A stretch of 64,000 bases of DNA, taken from assembly GCA_030141605.1 (NCBI GenBank), contig JAQGDQ010000224.1:62001-126000 (forward strand). Reading direction: 5' to 3'. The notes beneath the pieces are model-generated. The model saw only the letters and a list, made by a program, of their open reading frames with translations, was not told the DNA's origin and ran no database searches. The number at the start of each line of letters is the position of its first letter. The first letter of the stretch is position 1. The stretch is from Tubiluchus corallicola. Its lineage: Eukaryota; Animalia; Priapulida. Shown here piece after piece: positions 1 through 11,664 of this stretch. The position numbers were made by a program, and so were the translations under genes.

Positions 1-2
1 TA

Positions 3-410
3 GAAACTGTTGCTTTAAATTATAATACTGGCGAACAACCAAATTCATTTCCTGTCGTGAATCACTTATCATCTGACTCGAGCTTGGATTCTTCACACTT
101 CCCATGCGGTATTAAACCTGTAGCTAGTCACCACACAAACAACATTGCTGGAACGTACGGGCGATTGCCAATTCAAAAATTTAGTAACCCATCAGTGAGG
201 CAAGATCACAGCAGTGATGTACCACAACATGAATCTGTGTTCTTTTGTCGTTGGTGCAAAAAACCGTTCAAGTACCGAAGTTTTCTGATCAGGCATGAAC
301 GTTGCCATACTGGAGATAAACCATTTGAGTGTCGTGTGTGCCACAAACGATTTACTCAGATGAGTAACATGCAAACTCATACACTTATTCACCAATGGGA
401 CAAAACATGA
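3..410 (+). CDS. C2H2 zinc-finger protein, 3' part (5'-truncated by the window edge)
   Basis: Frame is open from base 3 to TGA at 410. It encodes two C2H2 fingers (CRWC...HERCH and CRVC...HTLIH) joined by a TGDKPF linker. AATAAA lies at 594-599. It is paralogous to 3327-4307. Confidence 0.8.
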   Translation, partial: ETVALNYNTGEQPNSFPVVNHLSSDSSLDSSHFPCGIKPVASHHTNNIAGTYGRLPIQKFSNPSVRQDHSSDVPQHESVFFCRWCKKPFKYRSFLIRHERCHTGDKPFECRVCHKRFTQMSNMQTHTLIHQWDKT

Positions 411-952
411 TCATAGCTGTTTTGTCAACTGACAATAGCTGATTCTGAGCTCATTCTTCAACAGGGACATGGGTTGATTAGTGATTGTAACCTAATTCAC
501 CAATGGAAAATTCGTTGACTTAGACAGTCTTATTTTGAGTTAGTAAAGCGTGCTACTCTGCATATTGGGTTAATATTCTACTGCATATCCATTAATAAAG
601 GTAGATAATGATAACAAGTAATTACAGTGGTTTAATTTTTCTTGCTGTGTTCTCGTTAGTTTAAAATAACTTTGAGATCATTTAGTACATGTATGGACAT
701 TATGAGCTTCTTGTATGTAATGGGTTATCATAGAGAAATTGCCACTTATGTGGTGCACTCGCTCCATACTGATGTAGTGCATTTGATGAGTAACAATACC
801 AGCTTACACAATTGTAGACAGCTGTTATCAGTATCACAAGAAATTTCTGACGGTAACCTTCTCTGTAAATTATTATCTGGGTCATCGTGATTGCATCAAC
901 TCACTGAATTTACATTGAAATTAGTGCTTGCAATCTTTTATCTTTTCTTTAG

Positions 953-2060
953 ACACAGATAAAAGCACACTTTTTCTGATATAATGGATACTATCACTTA
1001 CTATAAGTACACTGCTTGGTCGAAGTGCTTTACGAAAGAGGAAGTCTTTTTTGCACTATGAATTACTGGTTAGTGAAGGAAAATTCCAGAAATGGAAGAT
1101 GAGGAAACTACTGATGACAATGTAAAGAATGAATAGACATATGAGTTAGCACTTGATATGAAATGTTATTTTTCTAATATCCATGCTGCTGCTCAGTCCA
1201 AATATTTTATCCCCCCCCCCCCCAGTGAATATCATTGATAATGTAATGTTTGCATAGAGCAGTGTCTGGACATAATTTTAAAAACTCAAGAGAACGACTG
1301 TAACAATGTGTCCTTGGTTAACGACGAGCAAAGAAATTCATCAGATTCAACTGTTCCTGGTATTATTTAGTTAGACAGCATGTGTGCATGTAACAAGCCT
1401 TTTCACGCTTTCATTGTGCGCACACAGTCTGTGCATTATGCAGTAGTCTGTGTGCATAGAGTGATTTACTAGCAAGATCTTGTTCAGGAACAGGAAAAAA
1501 TGAACTAGGTAAGTTTCTGACTAGCTGTTAAAAGTGTCACTATTACACCAGCATGGGTTGCGAGGCATTGTGAAGTCTACACAAATGCAATTTCTGATAC
1601 ACCAAACCTTTGACCTTTACACAATCTTCATCAATTGCTGGAACTGTGAAAAGGCTTATTAGTCAAATTTGTTTGAACATTGCCTACTATGGCACAAATA
1701 AGCCAGTTAAGCCCAATAGCAACAAAGTCAAAATCTTTGCCAAAGAAACATGAACCAGTCAGCCATATAGGTAATAGTGTAGGAGAGACTTGGGAGAGCA
1801 ATGTTAACGAGAAATCAAGTCAAAATCTGCTCACAAATATTATTGGTGTCAGACGTTTCATTTTGGCAGCAAAAATTTCTGAGTGTCACAACTACCACAA
1901 GCTGCTTACAAGCATGAAAAAACACACAAGAATTCACACTGGAGAAAAACCATGTAGGTGCCACTATTATAGAAGATGCTTCAGACAGACTTCAGTTCAT
2001 GTAAGACAGGGAAAGATATGGTGCAAAAGTAACACTTTCTCATCAATATCGCATTCGTGA
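953..2060 (+). pseudogene. Decayed paralogue of the 3327-4307 zinc-finger gene
   Basis: After an acceptor (TTTTCTTTAG ending 952), ATG 984 gives MDTITYYKYTAWSKCFTKEEVFFAL*, matching MDAVIYYKCTACSECFMTEEIFFAH. The 3' part (HTRIHTGEKPCRCHYYRRCF) matches the paralogue's fingers but has lost Cys/His ligands. It has stops and a MITE insertion at about 1395-1660. Confidence 0.8.
1395..1660. mobile_element. Non-autonomous DNA transposon (MITE, unclassified) inside the zinc-finger pseudogene
   Basis: Terminal inverted repeats AAGCCTTTTCAC...GTGAAAAGGCTT. A diverged copy lies at 41764-42168. Confidence 0.65.
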
Positions 2061-2065
2061 AATTG

Positions 2066-2200
2066 TAGTCAAAGATCTGTTTATGACTTATGTAAACCTT
2101 GAGATGTTAAAAGTTTAAAAATGTGTGATAATAAATTCTAGTCAAAGATCAGCTTATGACTCGTGTAAACCGTAATATGTTGAAAGTTTAAGAATGTGTC
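2066..2200. repeat. Tandem duplication, two copies of about 72 bp
   Basis: TAGTCAAAGATC...ATGTGT is repeated at 2066 and 2138 with mismatches. Confidence 0.7.
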
Positions 2201-2918
2201 ATCATCAACATAGCATTTAATTTTATAAAAAGACTGCAAAAAATCATCAGCTTATGATGAGCAGAATCATTAAAACAGATAAACATTAGCTTCAAAATCA
2301 TGAAAGGAATTGTAGCTATAACGAACATTTCCTAATATGCTTTGCCCTAATGTGTAATACGCAAAAAGTTCCTGTGCAAAAGCAGTCAATGTTATAGCAA
2401 CTCACCAATGTTATTAAGGTGTTACTCAGAGTTGTGCAAATTCTGAGAAGTTATATAATTAATGTGCTGCCACTGTTTCAAATGCGAGTGTCGTCTCAGT
2501 TAGACTTGTATAGATTAACAGAGTTGTGATACAAGCTATTGTTGATATTAACTTATATTAAGTTCAGAAAACATTAAAAAACAACATTCGTGAGATATTG
2601 CATGCTCATTAACTTTGTGATACGTGTTATTGCGTTTTGGCCCTAGGCTTGTCGGTATAGTGAGCAGAGTTGCAGTATTAATGTTTATTTACAGTAACTA
2701 ATTGAGGAATACACTCATCTTTACTACCTCATTCTGTTTAAAGTCACCCCCGTGCTGTGATTCTTCTCCTCACTAATTTTTTGGGATCCCATGTCTGAGG
2801 GGGGCGGGCTAACTCATCTCAGTAATTACAAAAAATTTTCTTTGCCCTTTGACAACAAGGATGCATCACTCTGCCCTTTATTATTCTCACATCTTCCAAA
2901 TGCCATTGTGCTATGCAG

Positions 2919-3142
2919 TGTAGCAATAACTGGTCTGCGTAGTAGTTGGATGCATGCCTTAGTTACAAAAGCACTTTTACTTTACAAAATATGTTGGCCA
3001 CCAAATGAATTTAGCTGCTTCTAGGACAGTCTTAGTTTGTAGCAGTGACTGGTCTGCATAGTAGTTGGATGCGTGCCTTACACAAGCATTTCTACATTAC
3101 AAAATATCGTGATGGCCACCAAATAAATTTACCTGCTTCTAA
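2919..3142. repeat. Diverged tandem duplication, two copies of about 105-120 bp
   Basis: GTAGCA...ACTGGTCTGC.TAGTAGTTGGATGC...CTGCTTCTA occurs twice. Confidence 0.7.
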
Positions 3143-3326
3143 CATAAACTGTCTAGCACAAACTTAATTTGTATTTAAAGTGCCAAGTTGCCTTTAGAAA
3201 TATAATTGGTTCTAGCTGATGTTTCTGATAGCTTTATAAAGAATGTGCATAAGTATAATCTTGAACTGCCCTTGAGTTTCAGCTTGCGTCATGAAATTAA
3301 TGTATTTTTTATTTAGATCTTTATAA

Positions 3327-4307
3327 ATGGCTGGAGTCTGTGACTTTATGGATGCTGTCATTTACTACAAGTGCACAGCTTGTTCGGAATGTTTCATGAC
3401 AGAGGAAATCTTTTTTGCTCACACACGTACCTGGCATTGTAAGCTGTTGATAAGTGAAGGACATAACTCTAATGAAGAAGCTTGGAACGATGGTAATCGT
3501 TATGTGAAGATTGAGTCAGGTGACTCTGAAACGGGCGAGTTCACGTCTGACATGGAATTAGTACCGGTATCAAGCAGTGTATCTGATACACACCCTTTGC
3601 CAGACCTACAGGCACTTAATAAGTCTAAAGCCGTAGTTCCTGTGGAATCTGGTACTACTGTGAACAGTAACTTTTCTGCTGAGCAAATTGCCGATACCGT
3701 TCCGGAAACTCAAGTCGTCGTTTTTAGCAAAGTGACTTGGAATGATAGTGCCGAACAACACACAGACACGGACATGTTCAGTGATATGACTGTGGAAGAA
3801 AAAATGTCTGGTGTCATTGGACCAGCAACGCAATGCACTGAAGTAACAATGAGTCAGTATAATGCTCAAGACTTTGCCCATCAAAGAAGTATCTCGCTTG
3901 TCAATCGCCCAAAAATGAAAGGTTTGTCTAGCAAGAAGAATGTTCAGCCAGTAAAAGTTGATTTAGGACTTTATGAACAAGAACCACAGCGCCAGTCAGT
4001 TTATTTGTGTCGTGTGTGCAAGAAACCATTCTACTCCAGATCCAGGCTCTTAGAACATGAACACCTCCACACTGGCACCAAACCATTTGAGTGCCAGGTC
4101 TGCCACAAGGGCTTTGCTCAGATAAGCAGCGTGGCAAGACATATGCTTATTCACACAGGAGAAAAACCTCATGAATGTAGATACTGTAAGCGTGGTTTCA
4201 ATCAGTCGTCACCACGGTTCAGGCACGAACGTCGATGCAATGAAAATCCACTGCGTGTTGTGAAGACAACAGGACTACAGGTACCTGTCAGTTTTCACCA
4301 TATCTGA
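3327..4307 (+). CDS. C2H2 zinc-finger transcription factor (326 aa, single coding exon)
   Basis: Intact ORF with an isolated N-terminal finger (CTACSEC...HTRTWH), a long acidic linker and three C-terminal fingers with TGTKPF/TGEKPH linkers; the last is C2HC-type (RHERRC). An acceptor lies 10 nt upstream of the ATG, and AATAAA is at 4443. Confidence 0.9.
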   Translation: MAGVCDFMDAVIYYKCTACSECFMTEEIFFAHTRTWHCKLLISEGHNSNEEAWNDGNRYVKIESGDSETGEFTSDMELVPVSSSVSDTHPLPDLQALNKSKAVVPVESGTTVNSNFSAEQIADTVPETQVVVFSKVTWNDSAEQHTDTDMFSDMTVEEKMSGVIGPATQCTEVTMSQYNAQDFAHQRSISLVNRPKMKGLSSKKNVQPVKVDLGLYEQEPQRQSVYLCRVCKKPFYSRSRLLEHEHLHTGTKPFECQVCHKGFAQISSVARHMLIHTGEKPHECRYCKRGFNQSSPRFRHERRCNENPLRVVKTTGLQVPVSFHHI

Positions 4308-5181
4308 GATTAGCAAGTCTTCAAAAAGATCAAAGTGAGGAAGTAACAACTCAAATGATTTTCATTTGTTACATGCATACGAGTAGATTGCTTATGTTAA
4401 ATATTCTGCTGCTTTTATCAAAATGTTAATTATGTCATTATTAATAAAAGAAATATTTGTTTTCTTTTGCCGTGAGCTCTTTTGTGCTTTGTATGCACTA
4501 GATCCATAAATTATCAGGATAATTAATTTATTAAACAGTCACGTACAAAAGAATACACAGTGATAACTCATATGGTACTTGTATGATACAAAACTCTCTA
4601 TGCAAAAAAATATTATAACACGCTATGCATCTTCTGAAAATTTTCATGAGAACATGACTAACACTACACGACACGCTTATGTTACTAATACAGTAAAAAG
4701 TTAAAATATGTGCATATAAGATTGAAGTGAACATGTAACTAAATTTTTTGTTTCTGTAGAATATATGACCAAAATTACATATACACAAGTTACAACCATA
4801 TGAACTGTGTTTTAGCTTCTAGTTTTTACATCTAGGTAATGGCTTACATGAAGCTTTGATTTGAGTACATACAGCAAAGACATATTACACTTGGTTTATG
4901 GATGACCTTTGTAACTAATAATATTATAATTGTAGGATTATTATATAGTTATATAGTTGGATACACTTGTGCTCTACTTCCCACCTGCAATATTTAATTA
5001 AAGTACAGAAACCAATTTGAAAACTAAGTTTTTTGCCATATGTAATACTTATAAGTTCTATATACTACAATGTGTGTTTAAAATTAACATAAGAATGTAT
5101 TACAAGCGTTACAATTCCTCTACAGTTCTATATTTTTCTTTTCTTACGGCGTACTAGTGTAGAACATCCGGGTTTAAAACA

Positions 5182-6485
5182 TCATAAGCGCAGTTTAGTG
5201 GTCACATCAATGTAAGAGTTATCAGAACACCCAATATCACTTTCTTCAGATTTCAACCATAGTGGATGCAGCAAACCCACACCCTGAATGTTGCACCCTT
5301 CTTCAAACTTTGGCACCTGACTGATTACTGTTTCTGCTCCAATGCAAGAATCCGCAGAAGAAATCAACTGAGAGTAATACTCTTTGCAATCTGGTGAAAT
5401 GGGACCTTTGTAACTTGCCGCTGAACCCGGTGACAATAAAGGTGCTTGTATGGCTGTTAAGCTCTTCTCTGATACATTTCCGTAACTGTCAACGATTTTC
5501 TCCACCTTCACTTTATCACAGTCAATGTCCAGCTGTGACGTCAGAGTCTTCCATGTGAGGGTGTCCTCTAAGCATCGACTACGGTTAGGCATGTAAGACC
5601 TTGTTCTGCGTAAGGAAGAATTGTAAGGATCAGTTGTAAACATATATGTCCCTGGTCTCTTTTTGAAAAGTCCATTTCTCATCTCCTCCGAGCATCCGGG
5701 CTTAACTGTCCAGTATCCTCCTTTGCCATTCTTGTTGGGCTCCCGTGGTAACCGCAAGAAGTAACGGCTAAGAGAAAGATTATGTCGTATTGAGTTCTGA
5801 AAGAAAAATTAAATTCTGCATTAACCTGGCTGATCAGCTTGTTGATTTTAATAAAAATCCGATTTTTAATAAAAAATTAAAAATGTTTGTACGTTACGAG
5901 TTTATATTACATATACTTCGAATTCTTGGTTCACATGAACATTATATAAAAACTAGCACATTTTTCATGAACTTTAGTTGAAGTAAGACTCCGCCTCAAC
6001 GAAATAACAAAAGGTAGAAAGAGCAGTAAGCTTACCTGCCATGATATGTCAGTTTTCTTGTAGTATGCAAAGTGTTCAGTAATGTAAGAATAAATCTCAT
6101 TCAGAAGTAATTTGTCCTTTCCCGAAGAAGCCATTGCCATAAAGATCAACTGCGAATAGGAATATGGTGGTTTAACGGGAACTCTAGCATAATCAGAGAA
6201 TGACAGTACCTGATCCTGATCATACATTTCAAAAGCACCCAGGTTTAATTCTTCTTTCACTGGATTTGCATCAGAGAAGAAAAAATCGTTGCCATCTTCG
6301 GAGTCACTCTGCCTGTTGCTAATGTCGACATTGCACAGTTCGTTTGTCCTCAGAGTGTAAAGCCAGTCTAGATTAGTGAGGCTGTCATCTAAACAAGACT
6401 GCTCATCACTACCTACTTCTTCCTTGTGGAGATTAGAGGCTGAACACTTGTAATTGTCACAGTGTAGTAGTTCTTCTGGCAGCAT
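5182..6485 (-). CDS. FOXJ1: Forkhead box protein J1-like; coding exons 6485-6036 and 5796-5182 (354 aa)
   Basis: The spliced forkhead domain reads KPPYSYSQLIFMAM...SWQ|NSIRHNLSLSRYFLRLPREPNKNGKGGYW, with a phase-0 GT-AG intron at WQ|NS. It has the FoxJ1-type N-terminal motif DDSLTNLDWL and post-domain NGLFKKR. A minus-strand AATAAA is at 4532-4527. Confidence 0.85.
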
Positions 6486-7215
6486 ATTGATTTACTGAAA
6501 TCAATTCAAATAAATTCTGAAAACTAATTTAAAACAACAAACGTTTAACAAGTATTTAATTAATCGTTACTATTCAAAAATAAAATTGCATGGATATTAA
6601 AAAAAAATTAATATTTTTTTATCTTCACAAATCCACTATCTGACCTTATAGGGGTCTATACCTTATGTATGGAGGCTGGAATCTCAGCCTATTACGTTAA
6701 CACGCCTATCACATTACAAAATTGTAATGTCTGTCTGGACAGATTTAATTTGGGATTAACTCTGCAATCGTTTACTCAACAAATGTCTTTTGCAACATTA
6801 GTAACACTAACCTTATGGTGAAACCTGGTTTTTAGAGACTGGATTTCAACCATTCTATTGCCGGAAATTCAAAACATTAAAAGCGAATAGGACACTGGAA
6901 TTACAGTATTGCACATCCTAAAACAAGAGTGATTAGTAATTCCTTACACTGATTAAAAGGGCTAGCACCCGACATTTAACTTGTGACAGCTGAGGAACTC
7001 CAATACGTATGTTTTTTATGTACAGTGCCTTGAAATTCAACGCTTGGCAATATAGCACTGCTAATACTTAATGATTATGACAGGCCTGTTACTAGCTCAA
7101 TACAAAGGATAATCCTGTATGCAAGAGGAAAATTCATGAGATGCTAAATCAGAATTTTCTTAACCACGTCTGGCTAAGCCACACACACACACACACAGCA
7201 AGAGAAACGGATAAA

Positions 7216-7655
7216 GTTAGTGCGACAGACTCAGTTGCCCAGAAGTGATTTTAATGATGACCACCCATCCACTTACCAAACTAGGCCCAGTAGCACTTGA
7301 CGGTGGTTCCTGGGCACACCCTTCAGACATTGTGACCTTGACTAGTCTGGCAAAGCCTCAACAAGGGAAATGGCTACAGTTAGTATGGCAGACTGCATAA
7401 GTTGCCCAGAAGCGATTTTAATGATCGCCACCCATCCATTTACCCTAATTGACAGCAGTTCCTGGGTACACCCTTCAGACCTTGTGACCTTGACCAGTCT
7501 GGCGAAGCCTCAGCAAAGGAAATGGCTACAGTTAGTGCGGTAGACTGAGTTGCCTAGAAACGCTCTTAATGATAGTCATCCGCCTATTTACCAACTAGAC
7601 CCCTGTAGTACTTGAAATAGGCTCCTGGGCATGTCTTCAGACCTTGTGACTTTGA
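7216..7655. repeat. Diverged tandem repeat, about three copies of 150-165 bp
   Basis: The unit GTTAGT...CAGACT...GTTGCCCAGAAG...CTTCAGAC.TTGTGACCTTGA starts at about 7216, 7379 and 7531. It is preceded by (CA)n. Confidence 0.8.
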
Positions 7656-9376
7656 TTATTCATTTTCCATTTGAAAAGTAAAAATGTTTGCTTGATTACC
7701 TGATTATTATTATTATTATATAAATTTAATTATGTATTATCGAACCTAGCTGTACTTTATTTTATTGTTCTGTTACATGAAATATTTACAGGCCAAAAAT
7801 CAAACATTAAAACATGCTCCTGCTGCTAGCTCGGGGTGCAAGTCAAAATATTAAGTCAGTCAGGCGGTTGTTGGATAAATATATTGACAATATTCAAAAA
7901 CAGCAACAATATAAATTTAAATTCATTCAGTAACCAGCATGATTTATATAACAAGCAGAACAATTTTCACATAAATTTCAGATAGTGAAAATTGGCGTCT
8001 GCTAAATTTGTTGTCCGTTTTTGCAATATGGGAAATCATTGCGATATTGACGTCGGTACCTCGGCATTGCTTTGCGAATAATACATTTCCACGCGCGAAA
8101 TTTCACAATTTCAATAACGCACGAAGAAAATGAATGAGTGATGTTTCATGCCTATAATGGCTTAATTACACCGAAAAGGCTCAAAAAATGCTACATAAAA
8201 AAGTGTATAAACAAAAACTAAAACTTTAAACTTTTTCTTACGTTATACTGTCAATGTACCATATACCTAGCAGAGACTAAGAACTTATGAGCCTATATAA
8301 TTACAGTTTCATTGTTCCAATCAAAGCTAATTGGCCCTAATTTAGGAGTGCAAACCATTTCAAATTTAGATGCTTTCTAATAAAGTTGATCAAACATTTA
8401 GTGGGGAACGTCCAGCTTAGTTTTTTCTTTCGAATTTCAACCTTATAACTTATTTGTAAATCATTTTGTTATTACCATTTAAATCATTACAAGTCATCTA
8501 ATTATTATCAATGTTGCGACATTTTATTAATTTGATTGTATTGTTTGAGCTTCCAACTACAATGTTCTGAAAACGTTTTTAAGCGGCATCATTTTTCTGA
8601 GCTTATATATACGTGTGTTCTAATACCACTTTACTCAATACTCTCGCTGTACATGAGCTCTTACATTCCTTGACCTCTACATTAAAAATATGGCAAGAAA
8701 ATATGCAGTTTAAGTTTAGTTTACGACTTTGCAAGTTAGATAAAACATCTATTTGATTAACGTTAAATAAGGACAAAACAACATGTTTTCTTTTCTGGAC
8801 AGTTTTAAAAACCTCAATGAGATCTTCACAATCGAAATTAATTCAAATGTGGTCAAAAACTATATACATCAATGTAGTATTAGCTATTTTGTGCAATTTT
8901 TCTGGTTATCGTCATGATTAAAAGATGCCATTGGGGCTTATGTAACTCGGCCATTCAGTATAAGGGTCATCTATTGAATGGAACAATCAAATTTATTCCA
9001 TTTCCTTAGCCTAATAAATGGAAAAATACAAAAACTGTATAAATCTTGCAGACGAGACAGTTAATATAGAAAAAACACATCGCAGACATGAATGATGTTC
9101 GTATGTTCAAAAGCAAGAGAGACTTGATGTTTTTTTTTGTTGCTCATTTATTGTAAAGCAAGGCTAACTGGCTTAGTTTCTTTATTATACTTATGTCTCA
9201 GTATTTTGCAGTGCTTTGAAACTTCGTCTTTACATTCTATTTGAATTGAAAAGTCGTTTTTTGGCTACTTGAAGTGTTAATTTCGTTTAAAAATAGATGC
9301 CGCTCTGCAAATTTGCATTTATCAAAAAGTGTAATCAGTTTATCTGCTGATTAGACATTGGTTGTGACTGTCATGC

Positions 9377-9520
9377 TGTTTAGTTTGGTTTGGTTTGGTT
9401 TGGTTTGGTTTGGTTTGGTTTGGTTTGGTTTGGTTTGGTTTGGTTTGGTTTGGTTTGGTTTAGTTTAGTTTAGTTTAGTTTAGTTTAGTTTAGTTTAGTT
9501 TAGTTTAGTTTAGTTTAGTT
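9377..9520. repeat. Compound pentanucleotide microsatellite (GTTTG)n(GTTTA)n
   Basis: Directly visible. Confidence 0.95.
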
Positions 9521-11610
9521 GTTGTGGTGGCAACCTTTGATCTATCTATCCACCTCTTACATAATTATATATCACTATATACTCCTATATTGGCCAGCCC
9601 AATTTTCATAAATTTCACAGCCATGGATACTCGAATACCCTGTGCAACTGTATTAATTTTTGTTTCTGTAACTTTAAAAATTGGAGAAGTGCCGAAACAA
9701 TAATATTATAAAAAAGTGAACATGAAAGTTTCAATTAACTAAGTTACAAGATTCCCCTGTGCAAAAACAATATTTCGCACAAACTGAGTTTCATATCAGC
9801 ATCAACGTGTAAGAAGTCACTATTTTTGCTATTATTATACTCGCAAAAATTTTGCTGTGTTAATTATTGTTCTGATTATCTAAAATTTATCACTATACTG
9901 CATCGACCAGTTTTATGCCTAATTTGGTAACTAGCGTAAACTTATTCGCTTCTAAAAGTAAACGCCAGAACAAATAAACAATAAAATTACAACATTATAA
10001 AATGGCACGTGTGACATAAGACCACAACAAAAGATCACACCGTGAGATGGCCCCTACATTAGGGCGAGTTAGGGTTTCATGAATCATTCAAGAAAATACT
10101 GAAAATCGCCGTTGATGTGTTGCAGTTGACCTAACTTGAGTCGGCATTCTGTTACGTGCATCTAGTCCAGCTATACGTTTAATAATTTCTATTCTTACTA
10201 CTTAGTACTCGGTTATTTAGCGAAACTCGTTCTCTTTGTATTAAGACCAGGCCATGATAATAATTACCAAAGTTATAGTAAATGTGAGTAGTAAACTGAC
10301 ACTTGCAAATAAGGGCGAACGGGAGAGTTGAAGGCATTTGGCGAAAATTTTAATGCAATTTTTCCAAGCTGAAATGTTTTTGAATTAAAATAGCGCACTG
10401 GTAAAATCTCTACACAAATGAAACTAGTAGTTTTCACGTTATAAAGCATCATATGGAAAATAAGGTAGCGATGAACGTTGCTCAGATTCAACCCGGTGGA
10501 ATACGGCGCAATGACCATTACCTGTGACTTGATGACTCCCCCTGCAACTTATATACAGCCGGAATAGACAGCTAGACTTCTATCACGTAATTCATATATT
10601 GACGAAAATGATTTATCACTTTATTATAATAAAAACGGAAATGTTCTTCTAGTTTTATTGATCATTTACTGTACTTGCAAATTTGTTTGCTTTTTTTCAA
10701 AACTGTGTCAGTTGATCAATTATTAATTACAAATCGTAACTCTGCGCAGGTTACATGACCTTTGCTGGTTATGTACAAAACTCGCAAAATTGCTGATTAT
10801 GAAATCTTTCAAGCAAAATGAATAACACGTGTCAGAAATTAATCCCATATTGACACAGGCAGAACCCGTTTTTATTACATTATGACATGCGTTTAGAAAT
10901 GGCAGGCCTAAAATAATATGAGCTAAATCACAATAATCTATCAAAAGGTCCACTACCTAATGCAATATAAGCACCTCAGTCTGTTACCAGTACAGTCATT
11001 ACATGCTCACTGTCCATTAACGCTCATACCTTGCCATTGATTTATTATTTATTAACGATTTCTTTCATTATTCAATATATTACATGATTACAGTGATTTT
11101 ATGCCTTAGCGTACGCATTGTAAGCCACTGGATCAACATGTGGCTTGCCCAATCATTAACTACATACATTATCGTGGTTTTAAAAACAAGAAATCCATGA
11201 CGAAGCCGGATTGACATAATTTGAGTTGACGTAATACTCCATTTTACTACTCCTATTTAACTATAATGAGTTAATTCTTTGTTGTTACTTTTTCATGGTT
11301 ATTAAAATCTGCGGTGTGTTTTGAACAACATTTTGGTGGTATTTTTAAGTATGAAAACCGCCAGTTAACAACAAGTAACAGTTCGTCAAACTAGATAAGT
11401 ACTAAAACATATTAACCGTATTAACCGTTTGCCATTGTAATTAGTTTCCCTGTTTTCGTGTGACTATTTTTCAAGACAATGGAATTTACAATAAACTGTT
11501 AACTATAAAAGCACAACTCTAAAAACTAGGCCAATACTCAAGGACAGTTAAGTAGGCGCCAAAACAACTAGATTAACAACTAGCAGCGAAGTTAGGATAA
11601 CCGGCAAGAT

Positions 11611-11664
11611 TATTCATCTAGCTATTTTTGGATTCGAATGCATCCAAAAATAGCTAGATGAATA
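11611..11664. repeat. Perfect 23-bp inverted repeat with an 8-nt loop
   Basis: TATTCATCTAGCTATTTTTGGAT-tcgaatgc-ATCCAAAAATAGCTAGATGAATA. Confidence 0.9.

Noticed and set aside
10516-10560. Minus-strand TATA-like word plus donor CAG|GTAATG as an alternative FoxJ1 first exon
   Set aside because: The spacing would give an exon of only a few bases, and there is no other support.
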